From the NCBI GenBank assembly GCA_016839585.1, contig JAEOTZ010000016.1:1-64000 (forward strand): DNA of 64,000 nucleotides. Reading direction: 5' to 3'. Origin of the DNA: Promethearchaeota archaeon. GTDB lineage: Archaea > Asgardarchaeota > Lokiarchaeia > Sigyniarchaeales > SOKP01. Position numbers and translations under genes: made by a program. This document shows, in pieces, positions 7,575 through 18,000 of this stretch (position 1 is its first letter; each line of letters opens with the position of its first letter). A model generated the notes under the pieces. That model worked only from the letters and a program-made list of their open reading frames with translations. It was not told the DNA's origin and did not search any database.

Positions 7575-8864
7575 ATGAAAAACACAAAATTTATGAACCA
7601 AGCTATTAATGATGAAATTTTAGCTAAGTTAAGCCTTAAGAATCGATACAGTTTCTTGAATAATAACCTAATGCCTATATTATCTCCTGAACAATTCAAC
7701 TATCTAAAGGGTGTTCAAAAATTTTGCATGCGTTTTGAAAAGAAAAACAATATAACTCATGGACCGGATGAAGATGTGTATGATTGGATCCCTGCTTTTG
7801 GGGAACAAGGGTATATCACAAGAGCTCATAACTTTGATATGATTGATATAAATTATGATAATTATGGGGCAGTAGCTGATTTTCTGAGATACCTCGCGAT
7901 TGATATGTTTGATACGCAATTTGCTATGGGTAGCGGAGCAACGGTATTAGCTATTAACCCGATATATGACCACCATGAAGGGGTCCCTGAGAGATTGGAA
8001 GCGTTGAAGGATTTAATTACAGGAAAATCTCCTGGAGCAATACTTATCACAGAACCTGAGAGAGGTTCAGATGCTGTCCACCAATTAAGTGTATGCGAAG
8101 AACAAGACGATGGTAGCTTCATCTTGAATGGAGAAAAAATTTACAATACGAATGCACCCAAATCCAAGTGGGTTGTTGCATATGCAACTGCCGAAAAAAA
8201 CAATGGAAACTTGATGGCTCAATTTTTAATTAATACTGAATGGGACGGATGGCAGTGTGAGCGTGTCTATATTCCATGGGTCCCAAAACTTTATCTAGGA
8301 CATGAAAAATTAGTAAATCTCAGAGTTCCAAAAGAATACATCTTAGGTGGCGTAGGAAAGGGTCGCGAGCATCTATTCGAGGGATTAATTCCTGAAAGAA
8401 TTGGTATTGCATGTGGCGCAATTTCCCAATGTTGGGGTGCTGTTTCACATGCAGCTATTTATGCTAATATGCGAAAGCAATTTGACCAAGAAGTTCTCAA
8501 ATTCCAAGGCGTAGGCTTCCTCTTGGCAGATCTGTGGGCAAAGACAACCAATTTAACCATTGGACTTCTAAAATTCGCAGAAACTTATGATGATAAGATG
8601 GAAAAGTTTGGTGGAGAAATCCCCCGAAATATTTCAAGAGCTATGGTAGCAAGCGCTTCTCAGTTCAAGTATCATTGTACAAATCTTTCCAAGGAAGTTT
8701 GCTATGAGGCAGCAAATCTAATGGGTGGAGCAGGTCTTTGTGACAATACATTAATGCATGATTATATGAATATTTCAAGAATCCAAGAGATCCTGGGAGG
8801 TTCAAGACAAATCCAGCAATATATCATGAGCATGGCTCTACGACAACTTTTCAAGATGCTTTAA
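7575..8864 (+). CDS. acyl-CoA dehydrogenase (copy 1)
   Basis: ITEPERGSDA, LNGEKIYNTN, RKQF...FQGV, LMGGAG. Confidence 0.93.
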   Translation: MKNTKFMNQAINDEILAKLSLKNRYSFLNNNLMPILSPEQFNYLKGVQKFCMRFEKKNNITHGPDEDVYDWIPAFGEQGYITRAHNFDMIDINYDNYGAVADFLRYLAIDMFDTQFAMGSGATVLAINPIYDHHEGVPERLEALKDLITGKSPGAILITEPERGSDAVHQLSVCEEQDDGSFILNGEKIYNTNAPKSKWVVAYATAEKNNGNLMAQFLINTEWDGWQCERVYIPWVPKLYLGHEKLVNLRVPKEYILGGVGKGREHLFEGLIPERIGIACGAISQCWGAVSHAAIYANMRKQFDQEVLKFQGVGFLLADLWAKTTNLTIGLLKFAETYDDKMEKFGGEIPRNISRAMVASASQFKYHCTNLSKEVCYEAANLMGGAGLCDNTLMHDYMNISRIQEILGGSRQIQQYIMSMALRQLFKML

Positions 8865-9013
8865 AATTTTCTATTTTTTTTATTATTATAATCATTAAAA
8901 TTTTAATCTGAATTGATTTATTTTTTATTTGCATTGCTTTTTTCTTTAGAATAGATTCCATAGAATTTTAATTTGAAATAAAGTATTAAATAATACAAAG
9001 ATGAAAAGTATGT

Positions 9014-11257
9014 ATGGAAGAATTTCTCAATATTGCGAAAAAAGCATTCCCCCCAATATCTGGTTCAAAAAAGATAGAAGGTCTTAAAGAAGAGGTTGAA
9101 ATCCTATGGGATAAATGGGGCATCCCTCATGTTTTTGCAAAATCCATAGAAGATGTGTATTGTGTACAAGGATACATCCATGTATGTCATCGATTGTGGC
9201 AAATGGAGCAATTTCGACGATTAACTTCAGGCACTCTTTCGGAAATAACTGGAGATGTTACTTTAGATTTAGATAAGCACTATAGAATAATAGGATTACA
9301 TCGAATTGCAAAATTTTGCTCAGAACGATTACAGAAAGAACCTAATAATGAACAATTTTATTTATTAAAAAGCTATATAAGAGGGATTAATGCTGGTATC
9401 AAATTAATAGGAAAAAATCTACCTCTCGAGTTTTTTGTTCTTGGTATAACCCCCAAAGAGTGGAAAGTAGAAGATTCACTTTCAATCCTTAGTTTAATCG
9501 AATGGGGATTAAGTAGTTGGAATTATCCCTTAGAATTGCTGCGTGAGTATTTAATTAACGAATTGGGAACTAATTTAGCTGACAAAATTATACCCCTTTA
9601 TTTTGGTGCAAACTTGAAGAATTCAAAAGGAAGTAATGGCTGGGTAATCGCTCCTAATAAATCAGAATCGGGAGCAGTTTTATTCGCGAACGATCCACAT
9701 TTACCTCTAACTCTCCCATCAATATGGTTTTTAATTCATTTGAATTGTCCAGGATTAAATGTGATAGGAAGTTCTTTTGCAGGTTTACCTGGTGTGGTTT
9801 TAGGACACAATGAAAGAATCGCCTGGGGTTGCACAAATGTATGTGCAGATACTATAGATTTGTTTAAACTTAAATTAAATCCAGAAAATAACAATCAGTA
9901 TTTTTATAATGGAAAATGGATAGACTTTGAGAAAATTGAAGAACCTATAACCATTAAAGGTAAAACTAACGCAGTACCATTTAAAGTATTAATGACTAAA
10001 TTTGGTCCTGTGGTTGAATATTTTGAATCCGATAACAATATATATAATATTAACCTTCCTGAGAAATACGCTATGCGCTGGTCGAGTTTTGGGGCAAATT
10101 TAGATGCAACTATAGAAGGTTTTTTTAAAATAAATAAGGCTGCAAACTGGGATGAATTTCGTGAAGGTACGAAATTGTTGACCATTAATCCACAAAATTT
10201 TCTTTATGGTGATATTTCTGGTAATATCGGACATCAACATGGAGGAAAGATCCCCATAAGAAGGTATGGAGATGGGGCAACAGTCACTCCAGGCACAGAC
10301 GAGAAATATAATTGGGTTAGTCTAGCCCCATTCGAGAAATTATTGTCGATTTATAATCCTAAACATGGTTTTGTATATACAGCTAATTTTAATGAAGATA
10401 AAGCCCCAAATGATGTATTAATTGCTCAGGACTTTATAGGATTATATAGACAAAAAAGATTAAAGAAATTACTACAATCAAAAGATAAATTTACTGGTCA
10501 GGACTTTAAAAATTTCCAGAATGATTATTTTACCGAAGAAGCTGCCGAACTTTTACCTTTAATGTTGAAATTTATAAAAGAAAAAGCATCTTCTAAGATC
10601 AACCCTGAAGTGTTTTCTTTATTGGAAAGTTGGGATTATCATTTAACGCAAAAGTGTATAGGAGGTACCATATATAAAATTTGGTGTGAAGAAACTATAA
10701 AAGAAATACTTTTTCAGTATATTGATAAAGAATTTCTTGAACCTTATTTAGCAAGTTGTCCCTTTGACCTTACAAGACTATTTAAATTATATGATAATAA
10801 AAGCACAGAACTTGAGGAACTCTTGTTAAAAACACTCCAAAAAACAATCAATATCTTATCAGAAAAAATTTCTTCAGATTATCATAAATGGAACTGGGGT
10901 AACCTTCATAAAACTATTTTGGTTCATCCCTTCTCCCTTGTTAATAATGTAGCAGCGGTTTTAAATATCGGACCATTTAAAACTGGTGGTGATGGGAATA
11001 CCCTTAACAATGGTTTCTATGTTCCTTCTAACAACTATCAAGTTATTGTTGGACCCTCTGTCCGTCAGATTCATGATTTATCGGATTGGGATAAATCAGT
11101 TTGTGTTATTCCCGGAGGACAGTCTGGATTACCGTTTCATAAACATTATAAAGATTTAATGAAACTATGGGCTCGAGGAAAATATATTCCATTTTTATTC
11201 TCTCGCGATGCTATTACGAAAAACTTAGAAGGTACGTTCAAATTACTGCCAATATAA
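9014..11257 (+). CDS. penicillin acylase family (peptidase S45) Ntn hydrolase
   Basis: WDKWGIPHV, GSNGW nucleophile Ser, ANDPHL, GGQSG. Confidence 0.93.
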   Translation: MEEFLNIAKKAFPPISGSKKIEGLKEEVEILWDKWGIPHVFAKSIEDVYCVQGYIHVCHRLWQMEQFRRLTSGTLSEITGDVTLDLDKHYRIIGLHRIAKFCSERLQKEPNNEQFYLLKSYIRGINAGIKLIGKNLPLEFFVLGITPKEWKVEDSLSILSLIEWGLSSWNYPLELLREYLINELGTNLADKIIPLYFGANLKNSKGSNGWVIAPNKSESGAVLFANDPHLPLTLPSIWFLIHLNCPGLNVIGSSFAGLPGVVLGHNERIAWGCTNVCADTIDLFKLKLNPENNNQYFYNGKWIDFEKIEEPITIKGKTNAVPFKVLMTKFGPVVEYFESDNNIYNINLPEKYAMRWSSFGANLDATIEGFFKINKAANWDEFREGTKLLTINPQNFLYGDISGNIGHQHGGKIPIRRYGDGATVTPGTDEKYNWVSLAPFEKLLSIYNPKHGFVYTANFNEDKAPNDVLIAQDFIGLYRQKRLKKLLQSKDKFTGQDFKNFQNDYFTEEAAELLPLMLKFIKEKASSKINPEVFSLLESWDYHLTQKCIGGTIYKIWCEETIKEILFQYIDKEFLEPYLASCPFDLTRLFKLYDNKSTELEELLLKTLQKTINILSEKISSDYHKWNWGNLHKTILVHPFSLVNNVAAVLNIGPFKTGGDGNTLNNGFYVPSNNYQVIVGPSVRQIHDLSDWDKSVCVIPGGQSGLPFHKHYKDLMKLWARGKYIPFLFSRDAITKNLEGTFKLLPI

Positions 11258-11307
11258 ATTAACTGAGTTTAAATTGTTTTGTTAAGATAGTGAATTAGAA
11301 CAAAAAA

Positions 11308-11526
11308 ATGGAAAAAGTGTCGTGCTTTCAAGTCTATAGTCGTAGTGCTCAAGATGGTCTACATTTTATGGTAGATAAAATTTGGATTGAAGAAAGTAGA
11401 ATATTTTTTAGAGTTATAGAAGAAATACCTTCACAAGAATTCCATTTTAGGAAAGAAAAAGGTAATAATATTTATTCTATTCATGAGAATGATTTTTTTA
11501 GTATTAGGTGTAGATTGTATTTTTGA
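11308..11526 (+). CDS. small hypothetical protein
   Basis: 72 aa ORF with ATG and coding-like composition. Confidence 0.6.
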   Translation: MEKVSCFQVYSRSAQDGLHFMVDKIWIEESRIFFRVIEEIPSQEFHFRKEKGNNIYSIHENDFFSIRCRLYF

Positions 11527-11539
11527 CTAAATATAAAAA

Positions 11540-11707
11540 TCAATAAATGAGTCTAGGTTTGAGTTTTTTTAGTTTTGTCTGATAATCTGGACAATTCTTA
11601 CATTCTGGAATTTTACATAGAAGTTGAATTTTTGGTAGAATACACTTTTCATAGAATGGGCAGTTTAATAAGAGTAATTTTGATTTAGATATTATATCAC
11701 TAATCAT
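11540..11707 (-). CDS. small Cys-rich (putative Zn-binding) protein, 55 aa, not in ORF track
   Basis: MISDIISKSKLLLLNCPFYEKCILPKIQLLCKIPECKNCPDYQTKLKKLKPRLIY; GTGATG upstream. Confidence 0.6.
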   Translation of the reverse strand: MISDIISKSKLLLLNCPFYEKCILPKIQLLCKIPECKNCPDYQTKLKKLKPRLIY

Positions 11708-11944
11708 AATAACATCACATATTTTCGAGGTATTTAAATAGAAAAAAGGACCAATTTGACTTTTTAAAAGATAGAGACATCCAAATTATTAATTCATTTT
11801 AAAATCTAATCTTTTTCTTTGATTTTTAAAGAGAAGTAATATCTGGGTGATAAGATAGGGATATTTCAAAACCAAAAGTTAAAATGAGAAATTTTATTCA
11901 GTCTGAAGGTTTATATTGTACTTTCGATGATACTCCCATGAAGT

Positions 11945-12151
11945 ATGTATGAAATAATGGAAAACAATATGAATTATATTTGTTTAGAATGTGAAAAGGA
12001 GTATAAAAACAAGTTTAATATTGCTATATGTCAGGATTGCTTGGAAAAAGAAAAAGAGAATTTCAAAAAAGGGATTCCTTCCAAATATATGACTGTAAAC
12101 TTATTTTTACAAAGAGAATTTAAACCAAATATAATGAAACACAGTATTTAG
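11945..12151 (+). CDS. small zinc-ribbon protein
   Basis: CLEC...CQDC pairs. Confidence 0.65.
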   Translation: MYEIMENNMNYICLECEKEYKNKFNIAICQDCLEKEKENFKKGIPSKYMTVNLFLQREFKPNIMKHSI

Positions 12152-12190
12152 TAAAAATAAAAAAAAATTCTAATTTTATTAAACATTAAT

Positions 12191-13486
12191 TTATGAAACA
12201 GACATCTTATATAATTGTCTTAGGCTCAAACTCATGATATATTGTTGGATCTGCCTGGATCCTCCCACAATCTCTTGTATTCTTGAAATATTCAAATATT
12301 CATACATTAAAGTATTGTCACAAAGTCCTGCTCCACCCATTAAATTAGTACATTCATAACAAACTTCTTTTGAAAGTGCTGTTGCTTGGTATTTAAATTG
12401 AGAAGCACTTGCTACCATTGCTTGAGATATATTTTTTGGAATTTTTCCACTAAATTTCTCTACTTTCTCATCATAAGATTCACAAAATTTAAGAAGTCCA
12501 ATTGTCATATTGGTTGTTTTTGCCCACAGATCTGCCAAGAGGAAGCCTACGCCTTGGAATTTTAGGATTTCCTGATCAAATTGCTTTCTATTATTAGCAT
12601 AGATGACAGCGTAAGCTAATGCACCCCAACACTCTGATACACTCATCATAGAAATAGCAATTCTTTCAGGAACTAATCCCTCGAATAGATGCTCACGGCC
12701 TTTTCCTACGCCACCTAAGATGTATTCTTTTGGAACTCTGAGATTTTTGAATTGTTCTTTACCTAGATATAATTTTGGTACCCAGGGGATATTAACTCGC
12801 TCACAGAACCACCCATCCCATTCAGTATTAATTAAAAATTGAGCCATAGTATTTCCATTGTTTCTTTCGGCAGTTGCATATGCAACAACCCATTTGGATT
12901 TTGGTGCATTTGTATTAAATATCTTGGTTCCATTAAGGATAAAGGACCCATCTTCTTGTTCATCACATGTTGTTAACATATGAACAGCATCAGAACCCCT
13001 TTCAGGCTCTGTGATAAGTATTGCTCCAGGAGATTTTCCTGTAATTAAATCCTTTAACGCTTCCAATCTCTCAGGAACACCTTCATGGTGTTCATATACT
13101 GGATTAATGGCTAATACCGTTGCTCCACCACCCATCCCAAATTGTGGATCAAATATATCGATGGCAATAGTTCTCATTAAATCTGCTGCCAAGCCCCAAT
13201 TTTCATAAACTACATCGACCATATCAAATGAATGTTGACGAGATATATAACCCTGTTCCCCAAAAGCAGGGATCCAATCATACACATCTTCATCCGGTCC
13301 ATGAGTGATATTGTTTTTCTTTTCAAAGCGTAAACAAAATCTCTCAACCTCTCGTAAAAAGTTGAATTCTTTTTGTGATAATATAGGAGTTAAATTATTA
13401 TTCAAGAACGCATATCGATTTTTAAGGCTTAATTTAGCTAAAATTTCGTCATTTATCGCTTGAACTTTAAATTTTCTGTTTTCCAT
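12191..13486 (-). CDS. acyl-CoA dehydrogenase (copy 2)
   Basis: same ACAD motifs; close paralog of 7575..8864. Confidence 0.93.
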   Translation of the reverse strand: MENRKFKVQAINDEILAKLSLKNRYAFLNNNLTPILSQKEFNFLREVERFCLRFEKKNNITHGPDEDVYDWIPAFGEQGYISRQHSFDMVDVVYENWGLAADLMRTIAIDIFDPQFGMGGGATVLAINPVYEHHEGVPERLEALKDLITGKSPGAILITEPERGSDAVHMLTTCDEQEDGSFILNGTKIFNTNAPKSKWVVAYATAERNNGNTMAQFLINTEWDGWFCERVNIPWVPKLYLGKEQFKNLRVPKEYILGGVGKGREHLFEGLVPERIAISMMSVSECWGALAYAVIYANNRKQFDQEILKFQGVGFLLADLWAKTTNMTIGLLKFCESYDEKVEKFSGKIPKNISQAMVASASQFKYQATALSKEVCYECTNLMGGAGLCDNTLMYEYLNISRIQEIVGGSRQIQQYIMSLSLRQLYKMSVS

Positions 13487-13686
13487 TCTTATTTACCCTA
13501 TTAGATTAATATTTTATTATCAAATTTAAATTAATTACCTAGGAGAATATGAATATATTTTAAAACTTTTTTTCTAAATAAAAGAAAAGAACTTAAATCT
13601 TAAGAAAAAACCGAGAATGCACGCTGAAAAAAAAAAGGAAAAAAGGTATGATTTTAACTAATTGACATCTAGTTTCTCTTATTATT

Positions 13687-14982
13687 TTAGAGTATCTTGA
13701 AAAGTTGTCGTAGGCTCATGCTCATGATATATTGCTGAATTTGTCTTGAACCTCCTACAATTTCACCTATTCTTGACATATTTATGTAATCATGCATTAA
13801 GGTATTATCACATAGACCTGCTCCCCCCATAAGATTTCCTGCTTCATAACAAACTTTTTCTGAAAGACCAGTTGCTTGATATTTTAACTGTGAAGCATTG
13901 GCAACCATCCCTTGACGTAGATTTCTAGGAATATTCGTATCACTGCCAAATTTTTCGACTAAATTATCATAAAATTTACTAAATTGTACGATTGCACGCG
14001 TTAGATTTGTAGTTTTTGCCCAAAAGTCTGTTAAAAGGAATCCAACACCTTGGAATTTGAGAACTTCTTGGTCAAATTGTTTTCTCATATTAGAATAAAT
14101 AATAGCATGAGTTATAGCACCCCAACATTCACACAAACTTTTAATTGCTATACCTATTCGTTCAGGAACTAAACCCTCGAAAAGATGCTCACGGCCTTTT
14201 CCTACCGGACCCAGAATATATTCTTTTGGTACTCTGAGATTAACAAACGTCTCCTTGCCTAAGTAAACTTTAGGAACCCACGGAATATTAACTCTTTCAC
14301 AATTCCAACCATCCCATGATGTATTAACTAAAAATTGAGCCATCGTATTTCCGTTATTTTTTTCTGCAGTCGCATAGACTACCGCCCATTTAGCTTTTGG
14401 AGCGTTAGTATTAAAGATTTTTGTCCCATTTAATAAGAAACTACCATCATCTTGCTCATCGCAGGTAGTTAACATATGAACTGCATCTGAACCTCTTTCG
14501 GGTTCTGTTATGCATATGCATCCTGGAGCTTGACCTAAAACTAAATCTTTTAGTGCATCTAATCTCTCTGGGATTTTTTCATGGTGAGCCTGAATAGGAT
14601 TGACTGCTAATATTGTAGCTCCGGCTCCCATTGTAAACTGAGGGTCAAAATTATCAATAGCAAGTGTCTTAAGAAATTCAGCCATTAATCCATGAGGTTC
14701 ATAATTAAGATCTAGTTCTTCAAACTTATGAACCCTACAAATATAACCTGCTTTTCCAAAATCAGGTATCCATTCATAAATATCTTCATTCGGTCCATGA
14801 GTAATATTATGTTTCTTTTCATAATTAAGGCAAAACTTCTGCACTTCTTTGAAAAAAGCCAATTCTTCAGCAGAGAGAATTCCCATTAAATTTGTATATA
14901 TGAATGAGTATCTATTTTTAAGGCTTAATTTCTCAAGAATTTCATCACTTATAGCTTGAACTTCAAATTTCCTATTAGACAT
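13687..14982 (-). CDS. acyl-CoA dehydrogenase (copy 3)
   Basis: ACAD motifs. Confidence 0.93.
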   Translation of the reverse strand: MSNRKFEVQAISDEILEKLSLKNRYSFIYTNLMGILSAEELAFFKEVQKFCLNYEKKHNITHGPNEDIYEWIPDFGKAGYICRVHKFEELDLNYEPHGLMAEFLKTLAIDNFDPQFTMGAGATILAVNPIQAHHEKIPERLDALKDLVLGQAPGCICITEPERGSDAVHMLTTCDEQDDGSFLLNGTKIFNTNAPKAKWAVVYATAEKNNGNTMAQFLVNTSWDGWNCERVNIPWVPKVYLGKETFVNLRVPKEYILGPVGKGREHLFEGLVPERIGIAIKSLCECWGAITHAIIYSNMRKQFDQEVLKFQGVGFLLTDFWAKTTNLTRAIVQFSKFYDNLVEKFGSDTNIPRNLRQGMVANASQLKYQATGLSEKVCYEAGNLMGGAGLCDNTLMHDYINMSRIGEIVGGSRQIQQYIMSMSLRQLFKIL

Positions 14983-15194
14983 TTTTAAAACACATTTTTT
15001 TGATTATTCATTTGATTTAAAATTTATTTGATAAAAGAGGATAATTATGTTATTTATTACTTTAGATAAAATAAATTTAGTTGGTTTTCTTTAAATAATT
15101 TCTTTTTTCAGTATAAATATTAATCTTAAATTAAAATTACTTTCTATTTTTATACTATTATTGTAATAAAATAAGTAGAAAACAAGCACAAATT

Positions 15195-16517
15195 TTAAGA
15201 TTCAAAAGTTTCAAGTGATCTGAACATTCTTCTTAAATTAATCGACATGATGTACTGCTGAATTTGCCTTGAACCACCAATAATTTCTTGAATTCTAGAG
15301 ATATTTAAGTAATCGTGCATTAATGTATTATCGCAAAGACCAGCTCCACCCATTAAATTAGCACATTCATAACAAACTTTTTTAGATAACCGTGCTGCTT
15401 GATATTTAAATTGAGATGCATTTGCCACCATTAATTGAGAAATAGGTTGGGGTAATTCTCCTCCATATTTTTTCATTTTTTCATCATAAACTTCACAATA
15501 CTTAAGCATAGCTAAAGTTAAATTTGTGGTTTTAGCCCATAGATCTGTTAAAAGAAAGCCAACTCCTTGAAATTTAAGTATTTCTTGGTCAAATTGCTTT
15601 CTTAAATTCGAATAGATAAATGCATGTGATAAGGCACCCCAACATTCACTTATACCTCTCATGGCAATTGCAACTCTTTCAGGTACTAAGCCTTCGAAAA
15701 GATATTCTCTTCCTTTTCCAACTCCCCCAAGAACATATTCTTTCGGAACACGTAGATTTTCAAGATGCTCTTTTCCTAAATATAATTTAGGAACCCAGGG
15801 GATTCCAACTCTCTCGCAATGCCAACCATCCCAATCAGTATTAATTAAGAATTGAGCCATCATATTTCCATTATTTTTTTCTGCAGTGGCATATGCTACA
15901 GCCCATTTTGCTTTTGGTGCATTGGTATTGTAAATTTTTTCTCCATTTAAAATGAAACTACCATCATCTTGTTCCTCGCAAGTAGTTAACATATGGACCG
16001 CATCAGATCCTCTTTCAGGTTCTGTAATCAATAAACATCCAGGTGTTTTACCAGTTACTAATTGTTTCAATGCATCTAATCTAATCGGCATATTTTCATG
16101 ATGTTCATAAATTGGATTAATACAAATTACTGTGGCTCCACCACTCATAGCAAATTGTGGATCAAATATATCTAGTGCGAGTACTCTTAAAAAATCAGCA
16201 ATAAATCCATATTCTTCATAATTTAAATCAATGCATTCGAAAGCATGTTGACGAGTAATATAACCTTCTGCTCCAAATATAGGAATCCAATCATATATAT
16301 CTTCTTCAGGTCCATGAGTGATCTTATTATCTTTTTCAAACTTTAAGCAGAATTTCTGAACCTTCTTCAAGAAATTAAACTCTTCTTGCGTTAAAATAGA
16401 CATTAAATTACTGTTTATGAAATTATATCTATTTTTCAAACTTAACTTGGCTAAAATTTCATCATTAATGGCTTGTACTTTATATTTAGAAGGCATTATT
16501 ATATTCACTTTTTTCAT
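15195..16517 (-). CDS. acyl-CoA dehydrogenase (copy 4)
   Basis: ACAD motifs; start may be the second Met (MPSKYKV). Confidence 0.93.
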   Translation of the reverse strand: MKKVNIIMPSKYKVQAINDEILAKLSLKNRYNFINSNLMSILTQEEFNFLKKVQKFCLKFEKDNKITHGPEEDIYDWIPIFGAEGYITRQHAFECIDLNYEEYGFIADFLRVLALDIFDPQFAMSGGATVICINPIYEHHENMPIRLDALKQLVTGKTPGCLLITEPERGSDAVHMLTTCEEQDDGSFILNGEKIYNTNAPKAKWAVAYATAEKNNGNMMAQFLINTDWDGWHCERVGIPWVPKLYLGKEHLENLRVPKEYVLGGVGKGREYLFEGLVPERVAIAMRGISECWGALSHAFIYSNLRKQFDQEILKFQGVGFLLTDLWAKTTNLTLAMLKYCEVYDEKMKKYGGELPQPISQLMVANASQFKYQAARLSKKVCYECANLMGGAGLCDNTLMHDYLNISRIQEIIGGSRQIQQYIMSINLRRMFRSLETFES

Positions 16518-16710
16518 TTTAATGTTTAATTTTGATATTTAACGATATGAAAATGTTATTTTTTGTATTAATTTCTATTAATAAATTAAAATAGTTTTAG
16601 TTTTGCATTCTCAAATTTCTGTAAAAATAAGAGAATCAAAAATTAAAATATAAAAGATAAATAAATAAAATAAAAGAAAATGTAAGATTTTTTATTTAGT
16701 TATTAAATTT

Positions 16711-16923
16711 TTACTCTTCTTCCTCTTCATCTCCCAATAATTCTTCGATTTTATCTTCTAACTCTTCTACTTTCTCATCAATTTCTGCAATTTTCCTATA
16801 TGTCTCACAAGTCTCGCAAGCATCATTTTCCTCACACTTGGGAAGAGTGTCGCATATTTCCTCTAGTTGATCCCTTTCCTCTAATAATTTTTCAACTTGG
16901 TCCTCAAGTTCTTCGATACTCAT
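16711..16923 (-). CDS. small acidic coiled-coil protein with central Cys cluster
   Basis: heptad acidic helices flanking C-x5-C-x5-C-x2-C; SD GGTGTGA upstream. Confidence 0.7.
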   Translation of the reverse strand: MSIEELEDQVEKLLEERDQLEEICDTLPKCEENDACETCETYRKIAEIDEKVEELEDKIEELLGDEEEEE

Positions 16924-17055
16924 ATATCACACCAAAAAATGTTAAGATAAAAAAGAAAATATAATTTATTTTTTTTTGCTATAAAAATTTGAATTATATA
17001 AATTAAGTATAAGTGAATACTTAGAATCAGATGAACTATTAATGTGTTAGATTAA

Positions 17056-17880
17056 CTAACGGAAAAAGAAGAAGAAACTGATGATCATTAATGCAATTAT
17101 TACAATTGTTAAAGAAAGAAGCAAAAACTTTTTAGTTAAATGTGTTCTCTTTTTGATGTTATCATTTTCTTGATATGGAGCCGTTTCAATTAAAAATTTC
17201 TTAGTTGGGGTTTTTTTTCTAATGGGAACTTCTTCTTTCTTATAGAGCCTTTTAAATTTCTTTCTGAAAGTTTTAACAGACTTTTTAATTATATCTTGAA
17301 CCTCTTTTGGTAAATCTTCATCGGCTATTTCAAAATCACGAGTCATAAAATCTAAACCAATAGTTAATTTATAACTTGTTTCAAATTTCTTTCCTATAAA
17401 AGTTTTAATTAAGGATGACTTCCCTACTGCGGCATCTCCAACAAGTAAGATCTTAAATCTGAAATGATTCCCATCGACTACTTCTCCTAATCTCGGTTGA
17501 AGATCTAATAAAGCAATAATAGCTAGTCGATTAAACAAATTATCTACATTTTCATTTTCTAATGCTGAAGTTTCAATATATTCAAATAAATGATGCTGGT
17601 TTACTTTTTGTATTATTTTTTTGCGAGGTATTATTTCGCCTAAATCCTTTTTCAAGTCATTCTTATTTCCAACTAAGATAATTGGGACGTTTCCTGATCT
17701 ATTCCTTATGTCATTAAAATATACATCAATATCATCATAAGTATCAGGACGACTTAAGTCGAAAACTAATCCTATGGCAGCAACACCCTTATAGAAATCA
17801 GTTTTAAAGAAATCAAATCGTTCTTGTCCAGCAATATCCCAAAGGCTGAGTGTAATTTTCAAGTTGGAAATAAACTCCAA
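17056..17880 (-). CDS. circularly permuted Rab-like GTPase with C-terminal membrane anchor
   Basis: motif order DIAGQ(15) NKND(72) SAL(105) GDAAVGKS(148) TIG(173); hydrophobic C-terminal helix. Confidence 0.85.
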   Translation of the reverse strand: MEFISNLKITLSLWDIAGQERFDFFKTDFYKGVAAIGLVFDLSRPDTYDDIDVYFNDIRNRSGNVPIILVGNKNDLKKDLGEIIPRKKIIQKVNQHHLFEYIETSALENENVDNLFNRLAIIALLDLQPRLGEVVDGNHFRFKILLVGDAAVGKSSLIKTFIGKKFETSYKLTIGLDFMTRDFEIADEDLPKEVQDIIKKSVKTFRKKFKRLYKKEEVPIRKKTPTKKFLIETAPYQENDNIKKRTHLTKKFLLLSLTIVIIALMIISFFFFFR

Positions 17881-18000
17881 TATATTTTAATTTCAGATAA
17901 AATTTATTTGTAAAATTTTTCTTTTCATTGAATATTTCTAGTAAATTATCAAAAATTAATTTTTATATTAATAAAAAGAATGTTAAAAAGATAAAGAAGG

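Noticed and set aside
17881-18000. Missing N-terminal P-loop of the permuted GTPase caused by frameshift
   Set aside because: The upstream 120 nt is AT-rich non-coding with an in-frame stop and no GxxxxGK, and the P-loop is present downstream in the same ORF.
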